DNA of 64,000 bases, taken from IMG/VR virus record IMGVR_UViG_3300032038_000069, positions 4,184 through 68,183 of that record; one strand, written 5' to 3'. The position numbers and the translations under genes are program-made. Positions 27,152 through 36,464 of this stretch are shown here, piece after piece. The stretch comes from a virus. Taxonomy: Duplodnaviria; Caudoviricetes. The notes under the pieces were generated by a model, which saw only the letters and a program-made list of their open reading frames with translations, did no database searches and had not been told where the DNA came from. Numbering within the stretch: position 1 is the first letter of the stretch; each line of letters opens with the position of its first letter.

Positions 27152-28042
27152 CTATCTCTCCTTCTTACCCATCTGGGACACCTCATTGTAGATGTCTTTG
27201 AGGGAGTCGGGGATAATAATCTTCAGGGATTGTGCCTTGATAATCTGCTCGTCCTTATAAGCCTTTATCTTGGCCAGCAAGAGGTTCATCTGATTGGTAT
27301 AGACGGACATCTCATGCTCATATTTAAGGTTGGCATTACGCTCAGCCTCCTGTACTTTTGTCTCTACCTCATGCATGAGAGCATTCAGCTGTGCCTGATA
27401 CTCACGGTGCTTCTGCTGTAGCCTGAAATAGACAGCATCTACATCATCAGTAGTGACATTGGGGGTACGGGTATATACCACCATGTCACGGCCCTCACCT
27501 TGAGTAATGACAGGCTTGTCAATAATATCCTGAAGAGAGAGTCTCTCTTGAGAGAACTTACCATCAACATGGATATACTGGCCTATCTCTGCACATAGGG
27601 TGTTGAGCTGGTAGATGGTGTTACGTTGCTTAATGTTATAGGTAGCAATAACATCATCAGTATCAGGAGTATCCTCACGTACTGGACGTATAGGAAGTTC
27701 TAAGTCTAGAGCCTTAGCACAATCTTCTTCTGAGAGATTGTTAGCCTCTTTGATAAGACGGTCTTTGGCCTTAATAGCTTCCCTGAGCCATGCTATAAGG
27801 GATTTCAGCTTAGCCACATTCATCAAAGCATCTTCTACTTGAGAGAGCTCTTCAAGAGTGTTTCCTATGGAGAGAATCTTAGAGGTTCCTCCACTGAGAA
27901 GGGACATATCAGAGCGATAGAATTGTATGTTATTCAATGCTCTATCTAGTAACCTGTAGGCTTCTTTAGCCAGGTTGCAAATGTAGTTGGCAGAGGTGGT
28001 AGTTAAACCTACCTCGCCAAAAAAGATATTGTCTTTGTTCAT
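27152..28042 (-). CDS. Hypothetical coiled-coil protein (296 aa)
   Basis: Long ORF, helical C-terminus. Confidence 0.75.
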   Translation of the reverse strand: MNKDNIFFGEVGLTTTSANYICNLAKEAYRLLDRALNNIQFYRSDMSLLSGGTSKILSIGNTLEELSQVEDALMNVAKLKSLIAWLREAIKAKDRLIKEANNLSEEDCAKALDLELPIRPVREDTPDTDDVIATYNIKQRNTIYQLNTLCAEIGQYIHVDGKFSQERLSLQDIIDKPVITQGEGRDMVVYTRTPNVTTDDVDAVYFRLQQKHREYQAQLNALMHEVETKVQEAERNANLKYEHEMSVYTNQMNLLLAKIKAYKDEQIIKAQSLKIIIPDSLKDIYNEVSQMGKKER

Positions 28043-28063
28043 ATAGTGAGTGGATTATGATTT

Positions 28064-28318
28064 CTATTTTAGAAGCTCGAAAGGATAGTAACCAGACAGC
28101 CAATCCATGGTCTTCTGGTTACATACGAGTCTGTCTCTATAGTTCCATATAGTATTAAGGAGACACTGATATGGTTTAGCTGTATCACAGTGTATGTAGA
28201 TAACTTTCCTGAGGTAGGTTATCTTAATACCGTGATTGGTATAATAGTGTAACATTCCTTTAAGCACAGAGACTTCCCATGGCTTAAGGTTGATGAGTTT
28301 TACTGTGTGTAGCATTGC
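28064..28318 (-). CDS. Hypothetical protein (start re-placed at MLHTVK)
   Basis: The longer start overlaps a terminator. Confidence 0.55.
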   Translation of the reverse strand, partial: AMLHTVKLINLKPWEVSVLKGMLHYYTNHGIKITYLRKVIYIHCDTAKPYQCLLNTIWNYRDRLVCNQKTMDWLSGYYPFELLK

Positions 28319-28334
28319 ATTTACCTTAATAACA

Positions 28335-28383
28335 GAAAAAAGAATAGCCAATGGAGGACACGAAGTGTCCCCTCAAAGGCTAT
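28335..28383 (-). terminator. Terminator after MNIF paralog 1
   Basis: ATAGCC...GGACAC-TTC-GTGTCC...GGCTAT followed by TCTTTTTT. Confidence 0.7.
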
Positions 28384-28400
28384 ATCTTTAAATAGTATGA

Positions 28401-28682
28401 TTAGATTTCTACACGGTAGATATCTGCATCACCCTCACGGCTCAATGTGAGCAGCTTGGCTTTGCTGAGGTCTACATCATCTCCAATGCCCAATGTAGAA
28501 TTGGTAGACAGTGGGATGAATGTCTGACCACCAGACTTCATCAAGAAACATACGGAGTTTCCATACTGTGAGTCCACTACATGAGCCGACTGAACAGCAC
28601 CAATCTCATCAGCTGTGAAATTACGAGAAGCTGACACACCCCATTTACCTGCATAAACACGAAGAGAACTGAAAATGTTCAT
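28401..28682 (-). CDS. MNIFSSL-family protein, paralog 1
   Basis: 93 aa, highly similar to 29566..29847 and 30026..30307. Confidence 0.85.
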   Translation of the reverse strand: MNIFSSLRVYAGKWGVSASRNFTADEIGAVQSAHVVDSQYGNSVCFLMKSGGQTFIPLSTNSTLGIGDDVDLSKAKLLTLSREGDADIYRVEI

Positions 28683-29511
28683 CTAATTCACCAATGCCCT
28701 TTGGATTTGTTTTGGTATCTGGCACACCTGTTGAATGATAATGTTGAATGTTGAATGTTATAGTTTGGTTGGGGTGAATAATTATAACTCAGTCCGCCAA
28801 CCAAAGGCAAAGGAGGAGTGATTAGCGAGTCTAATGAGAGAGAAGATATAAGATATAAGGTATAGGTAATAGAGGTAGAAGGTAGAAGATAGTGGTATAA
28901 GATATATTCAATGTATGAAAAAATTGTGGATTGTGCAAGTTTTTTGAGGTAAAATTGCTTAAAAGAGTTTTAAAGTAGGTTGTTTTTTGCTGTGATTTTC
29001 TCCCATGAGGGGTTATGGGTAGAGTATGTAGAAGCAGTAAGAAATGATATTGCAGAAATGGTATAAAGTGTTTTTTGGACAATTGTTAAAGTGAGGTTAG
29101 AAGAGGGAGGTGTTATTTTAGCTCCCATTTGTCAACTATGTGCCTGATTATCAGTTAATTACGACAAGATAATTAACACTTGTGTTAGCACATAATTAAT
29201 TGCTTCTCCCTCATCTCTCCCCCTCATGCCTTGCACTTACAGCATAGGCTATAAGAGAAGAGGAAGGTAAGAAGATGTAGGAGAGAATAATGATGAGATA
29301 AAATCATTGCACCTGCCTTAGGGGGAAAATATAGCATTGAAGCTTATATATGCAAGATGTTGCAGACAAACCCATGGGGAAGGGCATAAAAAGATAGGGC
29401 TTCTTTCTCTTTTATTTATTTTCTCTTTCTTCTTTCTTTTATGTTACTTTTCTTTCTTCTTCCTCTTTTCTTTTTTTTCTCTTTCTTTGCATTGCACCTG
29501 CCTCCTCCCTT

Positions 29512-29548
29512 AAAAAAGAATAGCCAAGGGAAGGATTCCCCCTGGCTT
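29512..29548 (-). terminator. Terminator after MNIF paralog 2
   Basis: AGCCAGGGGGAA-TCC-TTCCCTTGGCT followed by ATTCTTTTTT. Confidence 0.7.
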
Positions 29549-29565
29549 ATTCTCCTATACATCTA

Positions 29566-29847
29566 TCAGATAGATACTCTATAGATGTCTGCATCTCCAT
29601 CCCTTGAAAGGGTTAAGAGAGATGCCTTGGTAAGGTCTACAGTCTCCCCAATACCCAGATTGCTATTCTGGTCTAGGGGAATATATGTTTGCCCACCACT
29701 CTTCATGAAGAAGCAAACACTGTTGCCATACTGACTGTCAACTACAGTTGCAGAAGCTACTGCATTGATTTCATCAGTTGTAAACTTGCGGCTGTTAGAC
29801 ACTGACCACTTACCTGCATACACTCTCAAAGCTGAAAAGATATTCAT
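29566..29847 (-). CDS. MNIFSSL-family protein, paralog 2
   Basis: Start re-placed at MNIFSAL by homology; 93 aa. Confidence 0.85.
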   Translation of the reverse strand: MNIFSALRVYAGKWSVSNSRKFTTDEINAVASATVVDSQYGNSVCFFMKSGGQTYIPLDQNSNLGIGETVDLTKASLLTLSRDGDADIYRVSI

Positions 29848-29971
29848 GACTTTTAATTTTAAAGGGTTAAACAATAACTTTGGCCACCTTGACCAGTTGC
29901 ATAGAAGGAGTGTTTAGCGTGTCTATTAGCTTGCATCTGCCATAAAAATATTGCTCCTGCCTGGTGTCTCT

Positions 29972-30007
29972 AAAAAAGAATGGCTACAGGCATTAAGCCC
30001 ATAGCCA
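29972..30007 (-). terminator. Terminator after MNIF paralog 3
   Basis: TGGCTATGGGC-TTAAT-GCCTGTAGCCA followed by TTCTTTTTT. Confidence 0.7.
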
Positions 30008-30025
30008 CTACTGTAAGGAAGAGGA

Positions 30026-30307
30026 TTAAATCCTCACCCTATAGATATCATCATCTCCTGGTCTGGAGAGTGTGAGCAGTGTAGCCTTAGAGAGGTCTAC
30101 AACCTCACCAACAGAGGCTGTACTGTTCTGATCAAGAGGTATATAGGTCTGTCCTCCAGACTTCATTACAAAGCACAGAGACAGTCCATACTCAGACTCC
30201 TTCACATAGTTGGAGGCCACAGCTGCAATCTCATCAGCAGTGAAAGCACGGCTATTAGATACACTCCACTTACCAGCATAGATACGAAGACTTGCAAAAA
30301 TATTCAT
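30026..30307 (-). CDS. MNIFSSL-family protein, paralog 3
   Basis: Start re-placed at MNIFASL; 93 aa. Confidence 0.85.
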   Translation of the reverse strand: MNIFASLRIYAGKWSVSNSRAFTADEIAAVASNYVKESEYGLSLCFVMKSGGQTYIPLDQNSTASVGEVVDLSKATLLTLSRPGDDDIYRVRI

Positions 30308-30425
30308 ACACTCAAAACCCACTTACAACTTGGCATAGCTCAGGCTAGCCAAGAGCCTTAAAGGGTACTGGCTTTTGTTATTTAAAGGGTTAGATTTGTG
30401 TTATTTCATGATATAGATGGAGGTA

Positions 30426-30737
30426 TTAATAGATAAGTTCAGACACTCTATAAACTTTTTCTGTACTATCTTTAACATCCTCATCATAGAATTTATTATC
30501 TCCTCTTCTTCCAATCATTCCAACTTCAATCCACTTAAAGCCTTTAAACTGTGTTCCAACAGGAACAGTTAAGGCAGACCAGAGAGGAATGTAACATTCA
30601 CGACCATCATCTACAGTACACTTAATAGATAAGCCATACTGACTTTCTATAACAGTTCCTGCAATCATTTCTGTGCCTTTTTTGCCAGTTGGCACCCACT
30701 TGGCATCATAATACACTAAACTACTAAATATCTTCAT
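30426..30737 (-). CDS. MNIFSSL-family protein, diverged paralog 4
   Basis: MKIFSSL..Y..KW, ESQYGLS and YIPL retained. Confidence 0.7.
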   Translation of the reverse strand: MKIFSSLVYYDAKWVPTGKKGTEMIAGTVIESQYGLSIKCTVDDGRECYIPLWSALTVPVGTQFKGFKWIEVGMIGRRGDNKFYDEDVKDSTEKVYRVSELIY

Positions 30738-30762
30738 AGCTGTTTATTTAAAGGGTTAATTA

Positions 30763-31053
30763 TTAAATTCTTGACACACAAGGACCAATGAACCACTGAG
30801 ATTTCATCTTTCCACTAAGTCCATCAATCTCTTTAAATTCTTTCAGAGTATAGAATCTTCTGAAGTGAAAATTCCTAGTACTAAGAGCCTTAATCTTCCT
30901 TTCAGACTCATCAACTTTAATCCAACCAAGTATAGGACCATCAATATAATTCTTGATAGCTTTCTTCTTCCTGGCAGGAATAGTAACCTCAATGACATAT
31001 CTGCCATTAGGTAGGTGAGCTTTTACCTCACACTGTTTGCAATGAATAAACAT
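30763..31053 (-). CDS. Hypothetical basic protein
   Basis: ORF in small-gene array. Confidence 0.6.
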   Translation of the reverse strand: MFIHCKQCEVKAHLPNGRYVIEVTIPARKKKAIKNYIDGPILGWIKVDESERKIKALSTRNFHFRRFYTLKEFKEIDGLSGKMKSQWFIGPCVSRI

Positions 31054-31055
31054 AA

Positions 31056-31367
31056 TTACTTATAAGCTTTAGGGTTAATTTGCTTACCAATCTCAGGCAT
31101 ATACTGCTTGTACTCTTTGCCTGTCTTCTTAGAAACTCTCTTGATGAAGGCTTTGCCACCAGAGGAAAGGTACACAGGATAGACTGTGCCCTTAGAGTCA
31201 GTGTAGGTGTATTGTGTCTTAGTCTCCTTACCTCCAGACTTTCCACCTTTGTTACTCACTTGAGTGAAAGTATTTCCACTCTTAACAACACTCTGAGCCT
31301 GAACTCCTACATTCAGACTGAACAGCATGATGGCTGCAATGATAATTTTCTTCATAGCTCTTAGCAA
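31056..31367 (-). CDS. Signal-peptide-bearing basic protein
   Basis: MKKIIIAAIMLFSLNVGVQA signal peptide, then Lys/Gly-rich domain. Confidence 0.7.
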   Translation of the reverse strand: MLRAMKKIIIAAIMLFSLNVGVQAQSVVKSGNTFTQVSNKGGKSGGKETKTQYTYTDSKGTVYPVYLSSGGKAFIKRVSKKTGKEYKQYMPEIGKQINPKAYK

Positions 31368-31579
31368 TTTTTATTAAATTCATCAAACAAGTTGTCACAA
31401 GAAAAAGCCAGACATACACCCTTGAAAGTATCAGTGATGTCTTCTATACTGTTATTATTCTCTGCAAAATAGAATGTTCCATACTGTGTCTTGTAAAAGC
31501 CAAAACCAGTAGCATTAGGATACAATCTCTTCAGTTCTTTATATACTTTGTTCTTCATTTTATTCTGAAGGTTCCACAC
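31361..31579 (-). CDS. Hypothetical protein
   Basis: Small-gene array. Confidence 0.55.
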   Translation of the reverse strand: MWNLQNKMKNKVYKELKRLYPNATGFGFYKTQYGTFYFAENNNSIEDITDTFKGVCLAFSCDNLFDEFNKNC

Positions 31580-31604
31580 TAGAGCAGCCTACAAGCTTTG
31601 GTTA

Positions 31605-31850
31605 TTAATACTCATCTTCTAGTTTTATTCTGCCTGTATTGAGCAGACATTCAATAGCAGCTTGACACTTGTCAGCTGTCTCACAGAAGTTCTCAATGAG
31701 GTCAGCAACCTCACCAATAGTAGCATTATCACTCCAGTCAACTTCTGGCTGGTCATCTACAGCAAGATCCTCTTTAGTCTTGCAGAATGAATAACTCAGG
31801 AAGCATGTACTGTTCTTCGACACTTCCAATATCTCACGGAAATCTGCCAT
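31605..31850 (-). CDS. Hypothetical acidic protein
   Basis: Small-gene array. Confidence 0.6.
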   Translation of the reverse strand: MADFREILEVSKNSTCFLSYSFCKTKEDLAVDDQPEVDWSDNATIGEVADLIENFCETADKCQAAIECLLNTGRIKLEDEY

Positions 31851-31862
31851 AACTTTATTTGT

Positions 31863-32315
31863 TTAATCAAACTTTAAGATAAAATCTGTATGCTTAGGAG
31901 TCATTAGTATAATATTTTTACCTCTAACAGCAAAATCTATTTTACTAGAGTCATATCCTTTGTAGGTAGCATCTCCAAGTAAAATATCCAGCATAAATCT
32001 TTCAACAATTTTGATTTTTTCACCAGAAGAGTATCCGACCTGATTAAAGTCGGATACAGAATCAAAATGTAGAGAAGTGTTATTTGTAAGCAACAATGTG
32101 GGCTGTATACTATCTCTATAGAACCAATACCACTCATGCCAAGCATCCGCATTATTTATAGCATTTGTATAAACAGTTGGAGAATCTGGTACTAGTATAT
32201 CATTTTTCAGCTTAAGAAAGAAAGCATACACAAAACCATCCTCCTCATTGAAAAAGTTTCTTCTGGCTTCATGGTAAGCTTCTTTTAGTTCTAAATACTT
32301 CTCTTTTGTTGCCAT
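31863..32315 (-). CDS. Hypothetical protein
   Basis: Small-gene array. Confidence 0.6.
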   Translation of the reverse strand: MATKEKYLELKEAYHEARRNFFNEEDGFVYAFFLKLKNDILVPDSPTVYTNAINNADAWHEWYWFYRDSIQPTLLLTNNTSLHFDSVSDFNQVGYSSGEKIKIVERFMLDILLGDATYKGYDSSKIDFAVRGKNIILMTPKHTDFILKFD

Positions 32316-32321
32316 AATTGT

Positions 32322-32621
32322 TTAATGTTTAGTTGTGAAATCCTCTTTACACAAAGCTTTTGTATAGTTATCATTGGTCCATTTTATTCCACCTTCAAAG
32401 GATGCCATTAACCATAGTGTACTTGGTAAATCCTCATCTGTAGGTCCTTGAGTATCAAAGACATTGACAGTCCACTTCTTATGCTCCTTTGAAATTTGCA
32501 TAGCAGTTTTCTCTGCTTCAACCTGAGTACTAAAGTACTCCTTATACACTGGGGCTGCTTTAATTGTGTGGCCCCATCTGTCCCTTTTATCATCAGGACC
32601 ATACTCAATCATGTACTTCAT
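32322..32621 (-). CDS. Hypothetical protein (start re-placed at MKYMIE)
   Basis: Avoids overlap with the 37-aa upstream ORF. Confidence 0.55.
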   Translation of the reverse strand: MKYMIEYGPDDKRDRWGHTIKAAPVYKEYFSTQVEAEKTAMQISKEHKKWTVNVFDTQGPTDEDLPSTLWLMASFEGGIKWTNDNYTKALCKEDFTTKH

Positions 32622-32625
32622 ACTT

Positions 32626-32739
32626 TTAGTTTTTAATTTTCCAATATCTGTTTCCTCTAGCAAACCTGTAATTGTCTGCCATTTTCCAAGAAGGGAAGCT
32701 ACCTATGTAGCCCCCTTCAGAATCATAGAGTTTATACAT
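32626..32739 (-). CDS. Small protein (37 aa, MYKLYDSEGG...)
   Basis: Start overlaps the stop of 32732..33304; fills the gap. Confidence 0.5.
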   Translation of the reverse strand: MYKLYDSEGGYIGSFPSWKMADNYRFARGNRYWKIKN

Positions 32740-33304
32740 GAAGATTACAGTTAAGATAGAGTTGAGTGCAATATTCATTATAGAATAGCCATCTCTCATC
32801 AGAGTTAAGCTCATACATCTCATAGAATGGATATACTAATGATACCCAAGACTCTCTCTTACCACTTATAATAGGTAGGTTACCATACTTATCTGCAAGC
32901 TCATGTGCAATCCTTGTTATTTGCTTCTCCCTATTAGCCCTATAATTATCAGCTTCATCAGGCCATTCAAACTCAGGATACTGCTGTGCATAGCATTCCT
33001 CAATCTCTTCTTGTTTCTGAAGATGTGCATAGTACTCATTCTCTTCCTCCTCCTTCTGCCTCCAGTATTCTTCCATAGCATCATACTCTGGGTTGAACTT
33101 TACATAGTCCACATCATAGAACTTTCTGACTTCAGAAGAAGAGTGAGAGGTTTTCCATACAGAGAAAGCAGCGTAAGCCCTCTCAATAGTAGAGAAAGGG
33201 CAGCAAACATACTCCCCATCCTCAATATATTGAGAGATAGAGTGTGTAGACCATCTTGCTATAAAATCAGCAAACTCAGTCCATTCAGAATTCTTGATTT
33301 CCAT
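32732..33304 (-). CDS. Hypothetical Glu/Tyr-rich protein
   Basis: 190-aa ORF with upstream ACCCTTTAAA motif. Confidence 0.65.
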   Translation of the reverse strand: MEIKNSEWTEFADFIARWSTHSISQYIEDGEYVCCPFSTIERAYAAFSVWKTSHSSSEVRKFYDVDYVKFNPEYDAMEEYWRQKEEEENEYYAHLQKQEEIEECYAQQYPEFEWPDEADNYRANREKQITRIAHELADKYGNLPIISGKRESWVSLVYPFYEMYELNSDERWLFYNEYCTQLYLNCNLHV

Positions 33305-33307
33305 AAT

Positions 33308-33460
33308 TTATTTCTTTAAAGGGTCAAACACTGTATTCTTCCACATCTCTTTCTTAAGCTCCCAGTAGGCTCTATAGCCTTCTGAGAGTGTAGACGGTTG
33401 GTTCTTAACTGGAGTACCAGTTCTCTGAGACCAGTACTCCAAAGCTTTCTTAATGTTCAT
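33308..33460 (-). CDS. Small hypothetical protein (start re-placed at MNIKKA)
   Basis: Avoids overlap with 33483..34043. Confidence 0.5.
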   Translation of the reverse strand: MNIKKALEYWSQRTGTPVKNQPSTLSEGYRAYWELKKEMWKNTVFDPLKK

Positions 33461-33482
33461 ATCTGTTTTGTTTAAAGGATTG

Positions 33483-34043
33483 TTATTTAAATTCTTTGTT
33501 GGGAGTAAACTTGTAGTGGCAAGCCCCATCGTGATAATCCCAACCCATGTGAAAATCCCACATTTGTATTCCATCATAGTACCCATTCTTTAATTTCCAT
33601 CCAGCCTTGAAGACTCCTTGATTTTCTCTAAACAAGTTAGTAAGTTTAATCTTAAAGTCCATAAGACCATTCCCTTCAAGGCAGTGTATCTTAGTATATA
33701 CTTCTCCTGGAGTATGAACATCTCCTACATTGAGAGTCATCCCTTCAGGAAAGTCATAGCAAAGAGATGAGAGAAAACTTACTTTATTTGGGCATCTTGT
33801 ATTTTCTCCATAAAGAGCACAAATACCTATTGGAGTAGGAAGAAAGAACTTAGGGGCATTGCCACAAACTGAATATAATTTCTTTGCAGCTTCAGAATAC
33901 AGCACTTTATTTCTTTTAATGGAGTTTTTACCCCACCTGCATTTTCTTCTGATGGGCAAGTAAGCAACCCATACTGAGAAAACTTTCATTCTACCATCAT
34001 CCTTTACAAGCTTAAAGGATATTACATAATCTTCACTTTTCAT
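33483..34043 (-). CDS. Hypothetical protein
   Basis: 186-aa ORF with upstream AACCCTTTAAA motif. Confidence 0.65.
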   Translation of the reverse strand: MKSEDYVISFKLVKDDGRMKVFSVWVAYLPIRRKCRWGKNSIKRNKVLYSEAAKKLYSVCGNAPKFFLPTPIGICALYGENTRCPNKVSFLSSLCYDFPEGMTLNVGDVHTPGEVYTKIHCLEGNGLMDFKIKLTNLFRENQGVFKAGWKLKNGYYDGIQMWDFHMGWDYHDGACHYKFTPNKEFK

Positions 34044-34106
34044 AATTCAAATATTTAAAGGGTTATTATTTAAGGAGCAGGAGTTTCCTACTCCCCTGTA
34101 TAGAGT

Positions 34107-34418
34107 TTAGATATGCAGATTGATATTTTCCTTGAAACACATGTTCATAGCATCGAAGATGGTGAAATAGTAGGTGTGCTTAAAATCTACTCCCGACCAA
34201 TAGCTAGGATGGATGTGATAGGTAACAATGCTCTTTCTTCCATCAACAGAATATCTATTACCAGCAATTCTACAATAGTTATTCTTTCTGTCCCAAATGA
34301 CTGAGTAGCCATACTTAGGAAGATAATACTCCACCATTAGGAGACCAGTTTTAGTTAACTCATACTTACAGAAGACCTTATCTCCAGTCTCTGCATTTCT
34401 TGCAATGTACTTTTTCAT
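34107..34418 (-). CDS. Hypothetical Tyr-rich protein
   Basis: Flanked by terminator-like hairpins on both sides. Confidence 0.65.
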   Translation of the reverse strand: MKKYIARNAETGDKVFCKYELTKTGLLMVEYYLPKYGYSVIWDRKNNYCRIAGNRYSVDGRKSIVTYHIHPSYWSGVDFKHTYYFTIFDAMNMCFKENINLHI

Positions 34419-34488
34419 CTTGCTTTGATTTTTAATTGTTTACTGTTTATTGAAGGGAAGGAGGCTTTCTCCTCCCCTTGATGAGAGA

Positions 34489-34752
34489 TTAGTAAGTCCT
34501 TTCCCAGCACTTAAACTGAGCTGACTTAACAGTTCTGTAAGGCATGGCAATCCATTTACCAAATACCTTAACCATAACTAGCTCATCAGGCTGTGGCTCC
34601 TTAGGAGTAACACTAACAGCCATTAGAGCCGTGTGCAACTCACTGCCCACAAATTCCTTATGGGCAAGTTCTAAACAGACCTTCCTAGCCTTCAGCTTGG
34701 ATACATCAGAAGAACCTACAAGGCCCCTCTTGATTTTAATTCTTTGTCTCAT
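34489..34752 (-). CDS. Hypothetical basic protein (start re-placed at MRQRIK)
   Basis: Followed by terminator hairpin at about 34455-34478. Confidence 0.55.
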   Translation of the reverse strand: MRQRIKIKRGLVGSSDVSKLKARKVCLELAHKEFVGSELHTALMAVSVTPKEPQPDELVMVKVFGKWIAMPYRTVKSAQFKCWERTY

Positions 34753-34948
34753 TGTTGCGGATTTTTGAGTTAAACACAATAGTTTCATCAATGAGAGCAA
34801 TCATTCCAGCTCCCAAAAACAGAGTTGTCAGGACACCATAGATGTTGTCAATGAACAGTGAGATAATAGCCGTTGCTAAACCTCCAGATACCAGAACAGC
34901 TCCCCTGAGGAGAGCTGTCTGAATTTTAGAGTTTGTAATCTTTTTCAT
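34736..34948 (-). CDS. Small two-TM membrane protein
   Basis: Two hydrophobic segments. Confidence 0.6.
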   Translation of the reverse strand: MKKITNSKIQTALLRGAVLVSGGLATAIISLFIDNIYGVLTTLFLGAGMIALIDETIVFNSKIRNNETKN

Positions 34949-35331
34949 AATAGTCCTATAATTAAGAATATCTGTATTGGGAAGTATGCCATACAGAAGA
35001 TAGCAATATCAGTAACCCATTCTTTCTTACACTCCATAGTGAATAACGGAGCTAACATAGAGATAGCAACAATAGAGAGCAGTATACAACCTACAATCTC
35101 CCTATTGTAAGAGCGTAACACACTGGCAGCAGGAACTGCAATACCTAACATTAAGGCTGTACCAACTATAGCAAGCCCTAAAATCTTCATAAATTCTTTC
35201 ATATTAGAAACTGTATTTAAGTGAATAAATGGTTTCCTCATAAGCCTCCTGCATCTCAGCAAGGTAATCCTGATAGTGTTCCCATTCCCACTCTTTAGAA
35301 GGAATATCATACATATTACAAGCATCCTCAA
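34945..35331 (-). CDS. Membrane protein (true start probably MKEFMK)
   Basis: Three hydrophobic segments in the C-terminal part. Confidence 0.55.
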   Translation of the reverse strand: MRMLVICMIFLLKSGNGNTIRITLLRCRRLMRKPFIHLNTVSNMKEFMKILGLAIVGTALMLGIAVPAASVLRSYNREIVGCILLSIVAISMLAPLFTMECKKEWVTDIAIFCMAYFPIQIFLIIGLL

Positions 35332-35680
35332 AGGAATGTCCCAATCTCATCCAAGATTCAATCTTAGTCCTATATGTAAGTGCCCAATGTTCAAGCACTT
35401 CATCATTCAGAGTCTGATAATCAGATACAAACAGCCTCATCCAAATCTTATCAGCATCCCAGAGTGCAATAGAAAGCAGGGAATCTTCAGGGTCATCTAC
35501 TATTCCACAGCAGTCAGCACCAACTGCTATGTCATTGTTCACCATCCTCTGGATAGCTTCCAGAGCTGTTGTTGCTGGCATGTCATTCCAGCCAAGTTTC
35601 TTGACAATGAGAGTTATGGCTCTCAGTTCTTGTTTGTTCATTTGCTTTTGTTTGATTATTGTTCTTGACAGTTGTCTCAA
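35204..35680 (-). CDS. Hypothetical protein
   Basis: First ORF of the small-gene array. Confidence 0.6.
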   Translation of the reverse strand: MRQLSRTIIKQKQMNKQELRAITLIVKKLGWNDMPATTALEAIQRMVNNDIAVGADCCGIVDDPEDSLLSIALWDADKIWMRLFVSDYQTLNDEVLEHWALTYRTKIESWMRLGHSFEDACNMYDIPSKEWEWEHYQDYLAEMQEAYEETIYSLKYSF

Positions 35681-35916
35681 TTGCTGAGACTGTGTAATCT
35701 TTGCTAAACTAACAGCTAGATTCTGTTAGTCTGCAGAGACCCAGGGGGGATGAACCCCAACTGTCAAAGACAGGGGGAGGTGTGATATGTTATCTCACGT
35801 CTTTATACATACTGCTCATTTTTCAAAGAAAACAGCCTTTTCCCGTTTATGTACATACTCTGCATCTTCATAAAAATCTCCCTCACACAGTGGTAATTTC
35901 TTAACCCTACAGTACC

Positions 35917-35955
35917 AAAAAATAAAGGAGAGAAACTTCACAGCCTCTCTCCCTC
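35917..35955 (-). terminator. Terminator with GUGA loop after the lysis genes
   Basis: GGAGAGAGGCT-GTGA-AGTTTCTCTCC followed by TTTATTTTTT. Confidence 0.7.
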
Positions 35956-36002
35956 ACATTATTAACCGCATGAAAAAACTAAAAACTAAACACCTCCGCC
36001 TT

Positions 36003-36464
36003 TTACACAATTATTAAAGAAATCTTCTCACCTCTCTTTAATGCTGGTTGGATATAATTATCTACCAACTTATAATAGTAGTTTGTTGATTGAAGTACTT
36101 TACCTTTTTCTAGGTTTCTTCCTGGGAATATACATCCAAGACTTTCCTCAGCTATATTACCTGGATGGATTCTTACTCCAGAGAACCCCTTAACATCATT
36201 GATATGAACTACCATACCATTATACTTCTTGGCCCAAGGTCTTGAAGCAAACTTAGGGGAATATGTCATAGTGACTTCATATGTACCTGTTGGTATGGCT
36301 GTTCTTCCATAGATTTTCTTGGCTTCTATCTCATAGGATTTCATGGCATCTGTAAGACCTCTGTCCTTATCCTCCAGAGTCTCAGAAAATCTTGTACCAT
36401 TAATATACATGACTCCTATAGTGTAGTCATCTTTCTTCCACTTTCTCTCTATTCTAATGATCAT
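36003..36464 (-). CDS. DUF5675-like putative L,D-peptidase (endolysin candidate)
   Basis: R....DYTIG.MYING...TLED, AIPTGTY, F.GVRIHPGN....S.GCI motifs. Confidence 0.72.
   Translation of the reverse strand: MIIRIERKWKKDDYTIGVMYINGTRFSETLEDKDRGLTDAMKSYEIEAKKIYGRTAIPTGTYEVTMTYSPKFASRPWAKKYNGMVVHINDVKGFSGVRIHPGNIAEESLGCIFPGRNLEKGKVLQSTNYYYKLVDNYIQPALKRGEKISLIIV

Noticed and set aside
28831-29082. 83-aa ORF in the non-coding region
   Set aside because: Low-complexity composition (Leu/Phe/His from a purine-rich tract) and no usable start context.
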